Shown: positions 48,078-58,731, counted from the first letter of the stretch. The stretch: DNA of 64,000 nt from Candidatus Heimdallarchaeota archaeon (GCA_011364965.1 RDOB01000001.1:1-64000), one strand, 5' to 3'. The notes: a model not told the origin generated them from the letters alone. Program-made: numbers and translations.

Positions 48078-48905
48078 ATGATTTCTATTGACCTTACTAG
48101 TTTTTCAATTATATTTACTCTAGCGGTTCTTTTTATAGGTTCTTGGCAAGATATCCATTCTCGTGAAGTCACTGATTTGATTTGGTATATTTTAATTCTT
48201 GGAGGGATAATAATTCATTTGTTTCAAATAAGGGTTTTTCTAATATCTGAAATCCCACCTGATAGCTATATTGCCACATGGATTTCCAATATTGGGGTAG
48301 GAATTTTCCTTGTAGTCTTTTTGACGATATTTGGCCTTGGAGGGGAAGCTGATCGCATAGCTTTTCTAGTTTTGGCAATAATTTCTCCTATTAACCTTCC
48401 TATTTTTCAAGTTAATAATCCAAATTATTCCTTAATTTCTTCTGTTATTCCAAATATTCTGGGTACATTCTTTAACGCTTATTTCATTACCTTACCAGTT
48501 CCATTGATTATTTTTCTTTTTAATTTATTCAATCAAATCGCTAATCCTAAATTTTATAACTTTTCTCATGAATCGAAGCTATCTACCTTTTTTCTAAGAT
48601 TTATTGGTTATCCCAAGTCAACTGTTAACTTGGAAACATTATTAGAAAAGAATCCATGGCATTTTGACTTTCTTGAGGATTATAAAGAAGAATCGGGATG
48701 GTTTATATCGTATCGAATTCGATTAGACACCCCTGAAGAGGATCTAAAGCGAAAAAAACGTGTATTAAAAAAGATACAGGCAACGAATAAATCAGAAGTT
48801 TGGATTCAACCTACATTCCCTTTTATTCTCCTCATAACGCTGGGATACACCTTAAATGTATTTTGGGGGAATTTGATCTTCTTATTTGTAGCTTTATTAT
48901 TCTGA
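48078..48905 (+). CDS. pibD: Prepilin/preflagellin peptidase (A24, PibD/FlaK-like)
   Basis: First Asp in SWQDIHSREV.D, second Asp in GGEAD, multi-TM, C-terminal VWI.P..PF...I..GY. Confidence 0.85.
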   Translation: MISIDLTSFSIIFTLAVLFIGSWQDIHSREVTDLIWYILILGGIIIHLFQIRVFLISEIPPDSYIATWISNIGVGIFLVVFLTIFGLGGEADRIAFLVLAIISPINLPIFQVNNPNYSLISSVIPNILGTFFNAYFITLPVPLIIFLFNLFNQIANPKFYNFSHESKLSTFFLRFIGYPKSTVNLETLLEKNPWHFDFLEDYKEESGWFISYRIRLDTPEEDLKRKKRVLKKIQATNKSEVWIQPTFPFILLITLGYTLNVFWGNLIFLFVALLF

Positions 48906-49162
48906 TGATGTTATTAATTCGAATATCCCGAATTTATACCCGTATTTCAATGAATTTGAGTAAAAAGTTAATATTCTGGAGTAAATTTAATATTAATCAC
49001 ATAATTCGGGAGATAAGAGAATTTGTGTCAATAATAAATGCATATTCTAATTCGCTAAATTTATTAATATTCACTTAATATTTGGAATTGACAAGAAGAA
49101 AGAGAACGCTTTTCTTCACTTATTGAATTATTGCATTACTTTCACCACAGGAGCAACCTAGG

Positions 49163-49657
49163 TTGATTGATCCCAGAAGATTTGACACAGTTCTTAGTAA
49201 AATCATCAAGAGCGAGCCTGGTATAAAAAAAGTGATATTAGTTGATCGTACAGGCCTAACTATAGCTCATGTCTCAAAATTTAGTTACGTTTCAGTTGAT
49301 GTCGACGGAATTGGTGCAATTGCATCTGCTGTATTCATGGCTTCCGCAGAACAAGGCAATAATCTGACTATTGGAGGTCTTGACATAGTTACCTCTGAAT
49401 TTGATACAGGTAAGATTTTTGCGAGTGCTTGTGGAAGGGGAATTCTAACTATCATTTCCGACGCAGAAGTAAATATTGGAATGATTCGCTTATTGATGAG
49501 AAAAGCGAATGAAGAACTCAGCAGCATTTTAGACGAGTTTCTTGCAGGACAGCCGACACGAACGATAGTGGGACCTTCCTCTAGTTCTCCTGAAGTTAGA
49601 TCAAGCTTGGAAAAAGATGAATTAGAAGCAGCACTACGTGAACTTGAAAAATTCTAG
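49163..49657 (+). CDS. Roadblock/LC7 (MglB-like) protein with C-terminal helix
   Basis: ILVDRTGL.IA, IGAIASA, NIGMIRL; directly upstream of the MglA-like GTPase. Confidence 0.88.
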   Translation: MIDPRRFDTVLSKIIKSEPGIKKVILVDRTGLTIAHVSKFSYVSVDVDGIGAIASAVFMASAEQGNNLTIGGLDIVTSEFDTGKIFASACGRGILTIISDAEVNIGMIRLLMRKANEELSSILDEFLAGQPTRTIVGPSSSSPEVRSSLEKDELEAALRELEKF

Positions 49658-49701
49658 CATTTCCTGTTATTTTATTTCCATTACAAAAGGAGCTTCCCCA
49701 T

Positions 49702-50283
49702 TTGCGAAAGGATGCTGAAGGTCGCCATAGATTCAAGATTGCTTTTTATGGCCCCTCCTTATCGGGTAAAACATCTACACTTGCTTGGTTATATAATAAA
49801 GTTGATGGACTGGAGAAAGGAAAATTTACACAGCTAGCTGATCCAACAGGAAGGACTCTATTTTTCGATTTTGTACCAATGCAGGCAACAACAGGAGTGG
49901 TTTTCGATGTTTATACTACAGCGGGACAGGAGAGACATAAACATCAGCGAAAAATCGTAATTCAAGGGGTTGATGGAATCATTTTCGTTGTAGATTCTAG
50001 TGCCTCTCAAATGGAAGAGAATCTAGAATCATTAGAGGAACTACGATCTCATCTTGGAGATCAATTAGGTAATTCGATTCCTATGGTTATTACGTTAAAT
50101 AAAAGAGACGTTCCAGACGCTTTATCAAGATCTGAGTTAATAGAAAAGTTGAATATTCACAATTACCCGATTTACGAAACAGTTGCTACAACAGGGATTG
50201 GAGTGAAAAGAGCGTTTCAATCCCTAGCAAGAGAAATATTAATGATCCAACTATATGGGACTAAAGAGGCTCAAATTAAGTAA
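49702..50283 (+). CDS. mglA: MglA-family small GTPase
   Basis: KI.FYGP.LSGKT, RTLFFDF (intrinsic Arg finger), YT.AGQ, GVDG..FV.DS, NKRD, A..G.GV. Confidence 0.88.
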   Translation: MRKDAEGRHRFKIAFYGPSLSGKTSTLAWLYNKVDGLEKGKFTQLADPTGRTLFFDFVPMQATTGVVFDVYTTAGQERHKHQRKIVIQGVDGIIFVVDSSASQMEENLESLEELRSHLGDQLGNSIPMVITLNKRDVPDALSRSELIEKLNIHNYPIYETVATTGIGVKRAFQSLAREILMIQLYGTKEAQIK

Positions 50284-50284
50284 T

Positions 50285-50536
50285 TCACGATTTTTCGATT
50301 ATCGCGGTCCAACCTCTTGTTTCAATCAAATGCATATTACTAGGCAATCTTTGTTCTAAATGAGACAGAGCCACTTTTCGGTTATCGAATGGAGCATTTT
50401 TTAATATTTTTACCCTTATTCTCTTATAAACCTTTAGTTGTTCCTTTAATTCATTAAAGAAAGCTTCACTCAATCCATTCTTACCAATTTGTATCGTGGG
50501 TATATTATTTTGATGAAGTGGTTTCGCTCGGGTCAA
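50285..50536 (-). CDS. YhbY/CRM RNA-binding protein
   Basis: PTIQIGKNGL...NE...QL....I.VKIL, RG.T.I. Confidence 0.85.
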   Translation of the reverse strand: MTRAKPLHQNNIPTIQIGKNGLSEAFFNELKEQLKVYKRIRVKILKNAPFDNRKVALSHLEQRLPSNMHLIETRGWTAIIEKS

Positions 50537-50942
50537 TATTTGTCACGTTTACTTTATTTTATTTTATATTTATCAAAAGACGCGGAATCTCTCCACAATT
50601 TTACATTTTTCGATTTGTTGATTTCATTTTCTCTCGATTAGTATAAGAAATAATAATAATAGAAATATGCTCTATTTGGTTTCCAAGTTTTAGTATTCTT
50701 AATGACATGAATGATCTGAGACTGAATTTCCAATTTCACGTTTAGACATACAAGATAAGGGAGCTTAGGGAGGTTTTAGTGATATAAATTAATTATAAAG
50801 GTAATTAGGTTCGTTATTTGAATAATCTGAAAATAGAATTCACAACGTTTTTAAAGTTGAAGATCGTGTTTTCAATTAAGAATCCTGTGAGGGGTGTTTT
50901 TCACCCTATAATTTTGTAAATCCAGAAAAAAAGGGCAAAATT

Positions 50943-51347
50943 ATGTATATACCAGATAGTGAAGCTGATCTCCAGATACATAAAGAGATCGTGAGCGTTC
51001 TTGAGGCTTTTGTGAGCAAATTACCAGCAATCGATTTTGCTAGCGTTGTTTCATTGGAAGGATTGCCTATTTCTTCTTTTCCAGCTACTCTCCCAGGAGG
51101 ATTAGACGATGTAAGGGTTGCTGCAATGACAGCTGCTATTTTGAGCCTCGGAGAACGAGCTGTAATGGAAACAGGGAAAGGTGAAATGACTAGGATACTT
51201 GTTGAAGGAGATAATGGATACTTAATCTCTGTACAAGCAGGAACAAAAGCGGTCCTTACAGCCTCTGCAAATCGTTCCGTAAAGCTCGGTTTAATATTTT
51301 TGGATATGAAACAAGCAGCAGAAAAAATTGGGGAAATACTTGGATAA
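50943..51347 (+). CDS. Roadblock/LC7 protein
   Basis: VVS.EGLPI, RVAAMTAAILSLGER, G..G, LGLIFLDM. Confidence 0.92.
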   Translation: MYIPDSEADLQIHKEIVSVLEAFVSKLPAIDFASVVSLEGLPISSFPATLPGGLDDVRVAAMTAAILSLGERAVMETGKGEMTRILVEGDNGYLISVQAGTKAVLTASANRSVKLGLIFLDMKQAAEKIGEILG

Positions 51348-51354
51348 GAATGAC

Positions 51355-52614
51355 TTAGAGGGAATCCATTAATCGATTTCTCATATCTTGAGCTTTTTGG
51401 TAAAAATGTTCTTGGAAGATGTGTTTATTTAAAGATTGAGCTTGTTCTGAGGCTAATTCATAATGAATTAAAGCTCCCTCAAAATTCTTTTGAGCAGCTT
51501 CAAGATCTCCAAATGATCCATGAGTCATCATCAGCCCTTTGATATCTTCCAACTGCTCGAAACGCTCTTTAGCTTCTCTTAAGTAATATTCAGCCTGATC
51601 AATGCTTTTATGAGCAATTAATACCTTGGCTAAATAAACTTGAGCTATTGCTAAGGATTGTGGTTCATTTCTTTCTTCAGCTAAAGAACGAGCTTTATCA
51701 AATTGCCTCATTGCTTCTTCGTATTGTCGAAGCCTGAAATAACACTCTCCTAGGTTGCATAAGGCATTTATAACTGCTTTATGTCTGTTGGCTTTCTTGG
51801 CATAGGTCAACGCTTCTTCAAACTTTGAGATTGCTTGATCATAGACACGACTTTCATATAAGAGAATACCTTCAGTTGATGCAACATTTTCTTCTAGCAT
51901 GGGATCTCCTAATTGACTTGCAAGGATTTGTGCTTTTGATAACAATTCTTTTGCTAAATCATAATTCTTTGTGTCAAGAGTAAGCTCTGCTTGTGCAAAA
52001 ACGGCATGGAACTGACCATTTACATCTGCTAGCACATCGAATATTTTTGAAGCTTTTGATAGGATATCCATTGCCTTTTTGGGTTCACTTTTAGTCATTC
52101 TTCTTCCTTGTTCAATTAATCCCCAGGGTTCCTCTCCAATTATGTCACCTATCACTCGCCATTCACTTTTTGGCATTGAAGCGATTATTATCTTGTTTCT
52201 CCATAAATTTGGTTTATCAAAAAGATCGGAAACTAAACCTAAAAGCAAATCTCCACCATCTACTCCAGATTTTTCAGAGAGACTTTTGGGCCCAACAGCT
52301 CGTAAACGTAAATCCCCATCAGTAAATTCGAATAAGACACCCATTGGAATATTCCTTGTTCGTGATTCTCCCCATTTTCTTCCTACAACAACAAGAAAAT
52401 TCTTGGGGGACATCTCCAAATCTCCTCTAGAAACACTTCGAAGCCCCTGGATCCATGCATACTCTGTTTTAAAGAAACTTGAGATCAATTCACCTTTAAA
52501 CTCAGGATCCCAGTCTACTAAGTTCTCAGCGTCAGATAGATCGATAACATCGGTATCTTCTGTGCCACCTAAAGCAAAAGTTACCTTCCAAGTAACCATA
52601 ATATTTCCGCTCAA
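51355..52614 (-). CDS. TPR protein with N-terminal alpha/beta domain
   Basis: C-terminal TPR/MalT-type repeats (A...LG..Y...YEEA...F..A). Confidence 0.8.
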   Translation of the reverse strand: MSGNIMVTWKVTFALGGTEDTDVIDLSDAENLVDWDPEFKGELISSFFKTEYAWIQGLRSVSRGDLEMSPKNFLVVVGRKWGESRTRNIPMGVLFEFTDGDLRLRAVGPKSLSEKSGVDGGDLLLGLVSDLFDKPNLWRNKIIIASMPKSEWRVIGDIIGEEPWGLIEQGRRMTKSEPKKAMDILSKASKIFDVLADVNGQFHAVFAQAELTLDTKNYDLAKELLSKAQILASQLGDPMLEENVASTEGILLYESRVYDQAISKFEEALTYAKKANRHKAVINALCNLGECYFRLRQYEEAMRQFDKARSLAEERNEPQSLAIAQVYLAKVLIAHKSIDQAEYYLREAKERFEQLEDIKGLMMTHGSFGDLEAAQKNFEGALIHYELASEQAQSLNKHIFQEHFYQKAQDMRNRLMDSL

Positions 52615-52695
52615 TTGGTATTTCCTATATAAATTGATAATTTATCCTACTTTTTAATTGCATCTTAATACAATTTTACATATTATAAACCATAG

Positions 52696-54129
52696 CTAAG
52701 GATCAGGATCGTTAAGTGTTAGTTCTTTTCTATGTCGATATTTGGGATGATATAATTTCAACATTCGTGGGGGGATTCGTTTTAGCTCATCTTCAGGAAG
52801 ATCGCTCAACAAATCCCACGCTAGTTCCAACGTTTCAAATATCCCTCGTTCCTCATAATATCCTTGACTTAAAAATTCATTCTCAAATCGATCTGCGAAT
52901 GTTAAATATTTTTTATCTACAGGAGTTAAACTTTCTTCACCGACAACAGCGACTAAATCTCGCAAATTTCTTCCCAAAGAATAACCAGCAAACATCTGAT
53001 CAGCAACTGATTTGTGACATGCATGAGTTCGACCTTTTCCAATTCCTTCCCTCATCAATCTACTCAAGCTAGGCATAGGATCAATGGGAGGGTATATCCC
53101 CCTTCTATACAGGTCTCGGTCAACGATCAGCTGCCCTTCAGTAATGTAACCCGATAAATCAGGAATAGGATGAGTAATATCATCAGAAGGCATTGATAAT
53201 ATTGGTAGCTGAGTTATGGTTCCTTTTTTCCCTTTAATCCGTCCTGCACGTTCATAGATAGTCGCTAAATCAGTATAAAGATAACCAGGATATCCTCTTC
53301 TCCCAGGTACTTCTTCTCTTGCTGCAGATATCTCTCTTAAAGCCTCTGCATAGTTTGTCATATCTGTTAAGATAACTAAACTATGATAATCATATTCAAA
53401 TGCTAGGTATTCTGCAACAGAAAGAGCAATTCGGGGAGTAATTAATCGTTCAGCTGCAGGAGAATCTGCTAAGTTAAGAAATAATATCACTCGTTCTAAT
53501 GCACCTGTTGTTTCAAAATCTGATCTAAAGAACCGAGCTTCTTCCGTAGTAATACCCATCGCTGCAAAAATAACTGCAAATTCTTCTTCTTTTCCCAGCA
53601 CACGAGCTTGCCTTGCAATTTGTGAAGCTATGTTGTTATGAGGTAATCCAGACCCAGAAAAAATTGGTAATTTCTGGCCACGAATAAGAGTATTTAGTCC
53701 ATCAATTGATGAAATCCCAGTTTGTATGAACTCTCTTGGATATTCGCGTGCATAGGGGTTTATCGGAGCTCCCGTAATATCTAATCTCTCTTCAGCAAAT
53801 ATTTGAGGTCCTGCATCTATTATCTTACCACTACCTGAAAAAACTCTTCCTAGCATATCCTGTGAGACAGAAATTTTTATATTTTCGCCTAAAAATCGAA
53901 CAGAGGTTTTTTTGGTATCTAAACCTTGTGTTCCCTCGAATACCTGAACCACAGCGATATCTTCTCCCACTTCTAACACTTGTCCAGTCCGTTTCTCTCC
54001 GTTAGGGGCTGAAATCCTTACGATCTCACCATAAGAAACTCCTTTGATGTCTTTTACAAAAATTAAAGGGCCAGCAATAGATGAAACTGTTGAATAGGTT
54101 ATTGTGGAGGAAGGTAATTCATTAGACAT
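52696..54129 (-). CDS. atpB: A/V-type ATP synthase subunit B (isolated gene)
   Basis: [60 protein letters not shown]. Confidence 0.96.
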   Translation of the reverse strand: MSNELPSSTITYSTVSSIAGPLIFVKDIKGVSYGEIVRISAPNGEKRTGQVLEVGEDIAVVQVFEGTQGLDTKKTSVRFLGENIKISVSQDMLGRVFSGSGKIIDAGPQIFAEERLDITGAPINPYAREYPREFIQTGISSIDGLNTLIRGQKLPIFSGSGLPHNNIASQIARQARVLGKEEEFAVIFAAMGITTEEARFFRSDFETTGALERVILFLNLADSPAAERLITPRIALSVAEYLAFEYDYHSLVILTDMTNYAEALREISAAREEVPGRRGYPGYLYTDLATIYERAGRIKGKKGTITQLPILSMPSDDITHPIPDLSGYITEGQLIVDRDLYRRGIYPPIDPMPSLSRLMREGIGKGRTHACHKSVADQMFAGYSLGRNLRDLVAVVGEESLTPVDKKYLTFADRFENEFLSQGYYEERGIFETLELAWDLLSDLPEDELKRIPPRMLKLYHPKYRHRKELTLNDPDP

Positions 54130-54279
54130 TATATGACCCCGAAAAAAAGCTAATTTATGGGATTAAGCTAGGGAAATTAGACTTTCAAATTATTTTCGTA
54201 TGAATAAGTGGTGATTTCTTTTGCTTAGTTATTTAAAAAAGGAAAGATTAGCTCTTGTTATCATTACAGAACCTATTCT

Positions 54280-55068
54280 CTATATTTTTTCCCAATATGG
54301 TATATCTCCTGCTGTAAATTCTCGCATAACCATTTTAGAAACTTCAATAATATTAGGTACGCCTCCCTTTCCGAGAAATCCTCTGTTTTGAGCGATATAT
54401 GAAAGAATCTCATCATTTGTCATATCAAGCTTTGGTAAGCCATATCTCTCTGCAATTCCTTCAGGGTGATGCGATTTAATTCTATTAAGAAAATAATGGA
54501 CAGAAGCCACAGGATCTTCCACTATGTCGATAGAAGAAGCACCCATAAACGTGTGCAGGTCTTTATCAGGATGATCAAATGGAATAATGCCAGGTGTGTC
54601 ATACATTAGAATTTTCCTTGACATTCTAATTGCTTGTGTATGTCGTGTAACACCTGGTTTTTGACCAGTACGAGCAACATGTTTACCTCTCAAAACATTG
54701 ATCAAGCTGCTCTTTCCTGTGTTTGGAATGCCAACAATCGATACTAAAGTCTCCTCCCTTTTTCTAGCATATCTATGGATTTTTTCACGTAACTTTTTTG
54801 TACCAAGTCGCTTTTGTGACGAAACGTAGACCGATGGAAATTCTTTATTGAAGGAAGATATTATAACATCACACACCTCTCTTGGAACGAGATCACATTT
54901 ATTAATCACAATAATTAAGGGAATACTAAGCTCTTTCGTAAAATTCTCTACCGTTGAAACCCTGCTTAAGAGGGGGAATCTACTATCTATTACTTCCAAT
55001 ACGATATGACTGCTTTTTATTAGCTGGAAAACTTGACGGTGTTCCTTCTTTCTTTGCATATATCTCAA
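54280..55068 (-). CDS. Circularly permuted ribosome-biogenesis GTPase (RbgA/YlqF/Nog2 family)
   Basis: Motif order NKCD (G4), GIPNTGKSS (G1), PGVT, DTPG (G3); RG...KGG.P. Confidence 0.92.
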   Translation of the reverse strand: MRYMQRKKEHRQVFQLIKSSHIVLEVIDSRFPLLSRVSTVENFTKELSIPLIIVINKCDLVPREVCDVIISSFNKEFPSVYVSSQKRLGTKKLREKIHRYARKREETLVSIVGIPNTGKSSLINVLRGKHVARTGQKPGVTRHTQAIRMSRKILMYDTPGIIPFDHPDKDLHTFMGASSIDIVEDPVASVHYFLNRIKSHHPEGIAERYGLPKLDMTNDEILSYIAQNRGFLGKGGVPNIIEVSKMVMREFTAGDIPYWEKI

Positions 55069-55402
55069 CTAATATCAAGGTATTCTTTCTTTTTTCAAGT
55101 AAAACATGTGGAAATTTTACCATTATAAATAAGTGGTATGGTGATTATGTTTAATAACTTTTTATTCCAAATTATTCTTCCTATTCTTAAGATCATCCTT
55201 CTTATGATCCGTAAATAAAACTTTGTGCGATTATCACACAATAACAAAGGAATTTAATCATTCTCCAGTTTTATTTTTTTCATCATATCAAAGTGGTTAA
55301 AAGGTGTCAGGAATTTTCTTGATATGTGAAAGATGAGGTAATACTTCAGTAGAAATTTGTCAACTCCTCTCTCTACACCTTTTCGATAAGCCTTTCGATA
55401 TA

Positions 55403-55831
55403 ATGATGATGATTATGACTTCAGAAAATGATTATCTTACAAAGTTAAAAAGAGCACGAGAAAAACTTCCTTCACACGTTTTTGAAAAATCAAGATTTGA
55501 GATTCCTACGGCGGATGTATTTCCAGAAGGAAATAAGACTTGGATTACTGATTGGAATCGAATTTTAAAAGTTTTGAATCGAGAGGAAGATGCAGATCAT
55601 CTTGCTAAGCATTTAGCGAGGGAATTTGCGACTTCTGCCGTAGAAGAACGGGGAAGACTTGTTCTGCAAGGAAAATTTTCAAAAAAACTGATCAATCGTG
55701 AATTAGAAACATATGTGAAAGAATTTGTAGTATGTGAAGAATGTGGGAAACCAGATACAAAATTGATTAAAGAAGGCAGAATATTAATTAAAACTTGCGA
55801 AGCCTGCGGGGCTAGAGTCGCAGTGCGTTGA
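55403..55831 (+). CDS. eif2b: Translation initiation factor 2 beta subunit
   Basis: RFEIP, GNKT, L.RE.AT, FV.CEECGKPDT, CEACGA. Confidence 0.93.
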   Translation: MMMIMTSENDYLTKLKRAREKLPSHVFEKSRFEIPTADVFPEGNKTWITDWNRILKVLNREEDADHLAKHLAREFATSAVEERGRLVLQGKFSKKLINRELETYVKEFVVCEECGKPDTKLIKEGRILIKTCEACGARVAVR

Positions 55832-55863
55832 GGAATTAAGCTTCAAGTTTAGTAGAAATAAGA

Positions 55864-56214
55864 TTGGGGAAAAAAATGAATGATTCTCAACCCTCAAAAA
55901 AAGTATCTTTCAAAGTACATCAAAAGGATAAAACTGAAATCCTAGCTATTTGTGATAAAGAGTTATTTGGAAAAAGGTTGAGAGGAGAGAAAGCAGGAAT
56001 GATTGTTCCTTCCGAATTCTATGATGGAGAAGAAATCCCAACGGAAGATGCTTTACAACTTATGAAAAGGTATCAGAATGTTAACGCTCTTGGGTCTGTT
56101 CTTGAATTAGCAATTCAAAAAAGACTTTTTAATGAAGAAGCAGTCCTTTGGTTCAAAACTGAAGAGGGAAAAAAAATTCCACACCTGTTAATATTCTCTA
56201 TCCCCCCAATCTAA
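55864..56214 (+). CDS. DUF424 family protein
   Basis: KVH, LAICDKEL.GK, FY.GE, N..G, IPH; usual position between aIF2b and NMD3. Confidence 0.85.
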   Translation: MGKKMNDSQPSKKVSFKVHQKDKTEILAICDKELFGKRLRGEKAGMIVPSEFYDGEEIPTEDALQLMKRYQNVNALGSVLELAIQKRLFNEEAVLWFKTEEGKKIPHLLIFSIPPI

Positions 56215-56237
56215 AAAGATTTCTTGGAGGAAAAAAG

Positions 56238-57326
56238 CTGAATTCAAATTGCATTGAATGTGGAGAAAATTTAGTATTTTTTCGGCATTTATGTCAAGCT
56301 TGCTTTTTAAAGCTAAATCCGATTGTAAAAAAGAAAAATATACTGAAAGCAGTAGCTTGTGACAAGTGTGAACTAATGTTTACAAGGGGTAAATGGACAA
56401 AATTCTATCTTGTAGATGTGGGTGACGCAAAATTCAATGAATTTCTTTCACAAGAAATTCTGCAAGTGTGGGATTTCAATTTTAAACCCACAACAATCAC
56501 TCTTGAAGGGATGAGCGTGTCTTTCAATGAATTTAATCATACTCCGCAGATAACTGGAGTGGTTAAAATCTTAGCTAGCCCCGATGTCTTTGTTCCTTTA
56601 ATTGAAATCTCTGAAGATCTTGAGATAGACGTTGATTGGGGAGAATGCATTGAATGCCGAACCCGATTATCGGGATCTTATAGCTCAAAGATTCAAATAC
56701 GTCGCGATCTTAAAATTGGAAAAAAAACCTTGGAAAAGTGGGTTATGGAAATTGAACAGATGAGTCTGGAATTTTTGACATCTGAACGGAAAAATCCCTT
56801 ATTCAGTATAACATACTTAAAAAATGGGATCGACGCTCTATTCCGTACAAAATCTCCAGCAAATACAATAGGTAGATTATTTGCAAAAAAATATGGAGGA
56901 TTAGTTACTGTAACTACCGAATTTGCTGGTTTTGATAAATCCAAATCTAAAGAATACCCTCGAAAACCTGTTGTATTGGTAACTCTGCCACCTTTTGAGA
57001 TCGGAGAATTAGTTGAGTATAATTCTAAAATTATTCAGATACATTCCTTTGGAGACTATGGAGTGGAATTTTGGGATTTTGAGAAAAAAGAATGGATTAA
57101 GAGTCCAGTTAAACAATTTTTCGACTCAAAACCAAATAAAATTGACTATATCGAACTAGAATTACAAATAATTGCTTTTGAGCATGATGGAACTGCTCAA
57201 TTGATGAGTTCTGATAACTATGAGATTTTTTATACTCACTCTTCAGATTTGGGAATTACAAAAGAAGGAGAATTAATTCATGGTTATTTATATAACGGAA
57301 AAATGTTTATTAAGCGAGGAAAATGA
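56238..57326 (+). CDS. nmd3: Ribosome export/assembly factor NMD3 (start probably CTG 56238; ORF track starts at 56376)
   Basis: In-frame upstream CIECG...LCQACF and CDKC; CIEC..R..G.Y...IQIR; GIDA; C-terminal SH3/OB-like region. Confidence 0.85.
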   Translation: MNSNCIECGENLVFFRHLCQACFLKLNPIVKKKNILKAVACDKCELMFTRGKWTKFYLVDVGDAKFNEFLSQEILQVWDFNFKPTTITLEGMSVSFNEFNHTPQITGVVKILASPDVFVPLIEISEDLEIDVDWGECIECRTRLSGSYSSKIQIRRDLKIGKKTLEKWVMEIEQMSLEFLTSERKNPLFSITYLKNGIDALFRTKSPANTIGRLFAKKYGGLVTVTTEFAGFDKSKSKEYPRKPVVLVTLPPFEIGELVEYNSKIIQIHSFGDYGVEFWDFEKKEWIKSPVKQFFDSKPNKIDYIELELQIIAFEHDGTAQLMSSDNYEIFYTHSSDLGITKEGELIHGYLYNGKMFIKRGK

Positions 57327-57344
57327 TTAGGAAGGACCAATATA

Positions 57345-58727
57345 TTGAAGAGTCAAAAAGGCTCGTTGTCGCAGAAGAACATTATTGAAATATCTGCTCA
57401 AATAATTACTTATTATGAAGAGAATCAAATTTCTCTAAGAAATGCAATGAAAATTGTAGAAACACAATTTAATGTAGAAGATCCAGAATCTTATTCACGA
57501 ATTCATGCTCTAGTTTTTGAGACAGTTAGACACCAAAATGTCTTAAATCGTCTTTTTCATAATTTTTTTCAAAAATATTTGGCAAACAAGGTCGAAACTG
57601 AATTTCGGAATCTATTACGAGTAATTACATATCTTTTAACCTTTTCTGACCAAAAAAATGATGAAAATCTTTGGTTTGAGACACAAAAAATATTAGATGG
57701 TTCTAAATTTAATAATTATTCAAGAGACCTTTCTAAAAATTATATAATTCAACTAAAGAATTGGGAATTGGATCATCTTCTCAAAGAGATCGAAGATCCT
57801 GAAGAGAAGTTGGCAGTAGGGTATTCTCATCCAACTTGGTTTGTAAGAGATTTAATAAAATTCTATGGATTAGAAACAGCTGTTGAAATTTTCAAGTCAA
57901 ATAATATTATTGGCGCAGTGTACGTCCGTCTAAATCTATTGAATTATCGTAAAGAAGAGATCTTTAAACGATTACAAGAAGAAAAGGTCAATTATCAAGT
58001 TGATAGTGATTTGAATGATGTTCTAAAGATTATTTCAAGTGAGAGCCCATTACCACGTCTTCAGTCTTTTATAGATAATATGTATTATATGCAAAATAAA
58101 GGTTCAGCATTAATCTCTCATGTACTGAACCCCCAGAAGAATGATCTTATTTTGGATACCTGCGCAGCCCCAGGGGGAAAAACTTTTCATATTATGACTT
58201 TGGTTGAAGATTCAGCTAAAGTAATAGCAATAGATAATAACTTTAGAAGAATGAATGAGTTATTAAAAAAGATCCAAGCTTTCCGTGTTGAAAATATTTA
58301 TCCCATAATATTTGACCTTCGGATCTCTCTTCCCTTTAAAATGCAATTTGACAAAATATTGGTAGATGCCCCTTGTTCAGGTTCTGGAACATTTAGCTCG
58401 AGACCAGATTCCAAATGGAGAGTAGATAGACACCACGTAAAATGGTTAAGTAAATTGCAGTATAACCTTCTAGATAATGCAGCAAAATATCTAAGAAAAT
58501 CACCTGAAGCTGCTTTGGTATATTCAACGTGTTCTCTTCTTCCTCAAGAAAATGAAGAAGTTATATCGAGATTTCTCAGAAATAATAAATACTTCACCCT
58601 TAACCCACAATCCCCTTTTATTGGAGTACCAAGCCCATCTTTTCCTTTAGCTCAACGGTTATTTCCACACATCCATGAAACAGAAGGATTCTCAATATTC
58701 AAAATGGGATGGAAAGATATCAACTAG
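57345..58727 (+). CDS. RsmB/NOP2/NSUN family RNA m5C methyltransferase
   Basis: YSHP.W, D.CAAPGGKT, ILVDAPCSGSG, LVYSTCS...ENE, GF.IF. Confidence 0.93.
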   Translation: MKSQKGSLSQKNIIEISAQIITYYEENQISLRNAMKIVETQFNVEDPESYSRIHALVFETVRHQNVLNRLFHNFFQKYLANKVETEFRNLLRVITYLLTFSDQKNDENLWFETQKILDGSKFNNYSRDLSKNYIIQLKNWELDHLLKEIEDPEEKLAVGYSHPTWFVRDLIKFYGLETAVEIFKSNNIIGAVYVRLNLLNYRKEEIFKRLQEEKVNYQVDSDLNDVLKIISSESPLPRLQSFIDNMYYMQNKGSALISHVLNPQKNDLILDTCAAPGGKTFHIMTLVEDSAKVIAIDNNFRRMNELLKKIQAFRVENIYPIIFDLRISLPFKMQFDKILVDAPCSGSGTFSSRPDSKWRVDRHHVKWLSKLQYNLLDNAAKYLRKSPEAALVYSTCSLLPQENEEVISRFLRNNKYFTLNPQSPFIGVPSPSFPLAQRLFPHIHETEGFSIFKMGWKDIN

Positions 58728-58731
58728 CTTT

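Noticed and set aside
47736-48905. Integrated element at the tRNA-Thr 3' end
   Set aside because: No integrase and no duplicated tRNA 3' end noticed; the flanking genes are cellular.
50540-50750. Remnant of RNase P subunit Rpp21 upstream of yhbY
   Set aside because: Only a frameshifted C-K-x-C-G-like fragment can be imagined; the frames contain stops and there is no convincing ORF.
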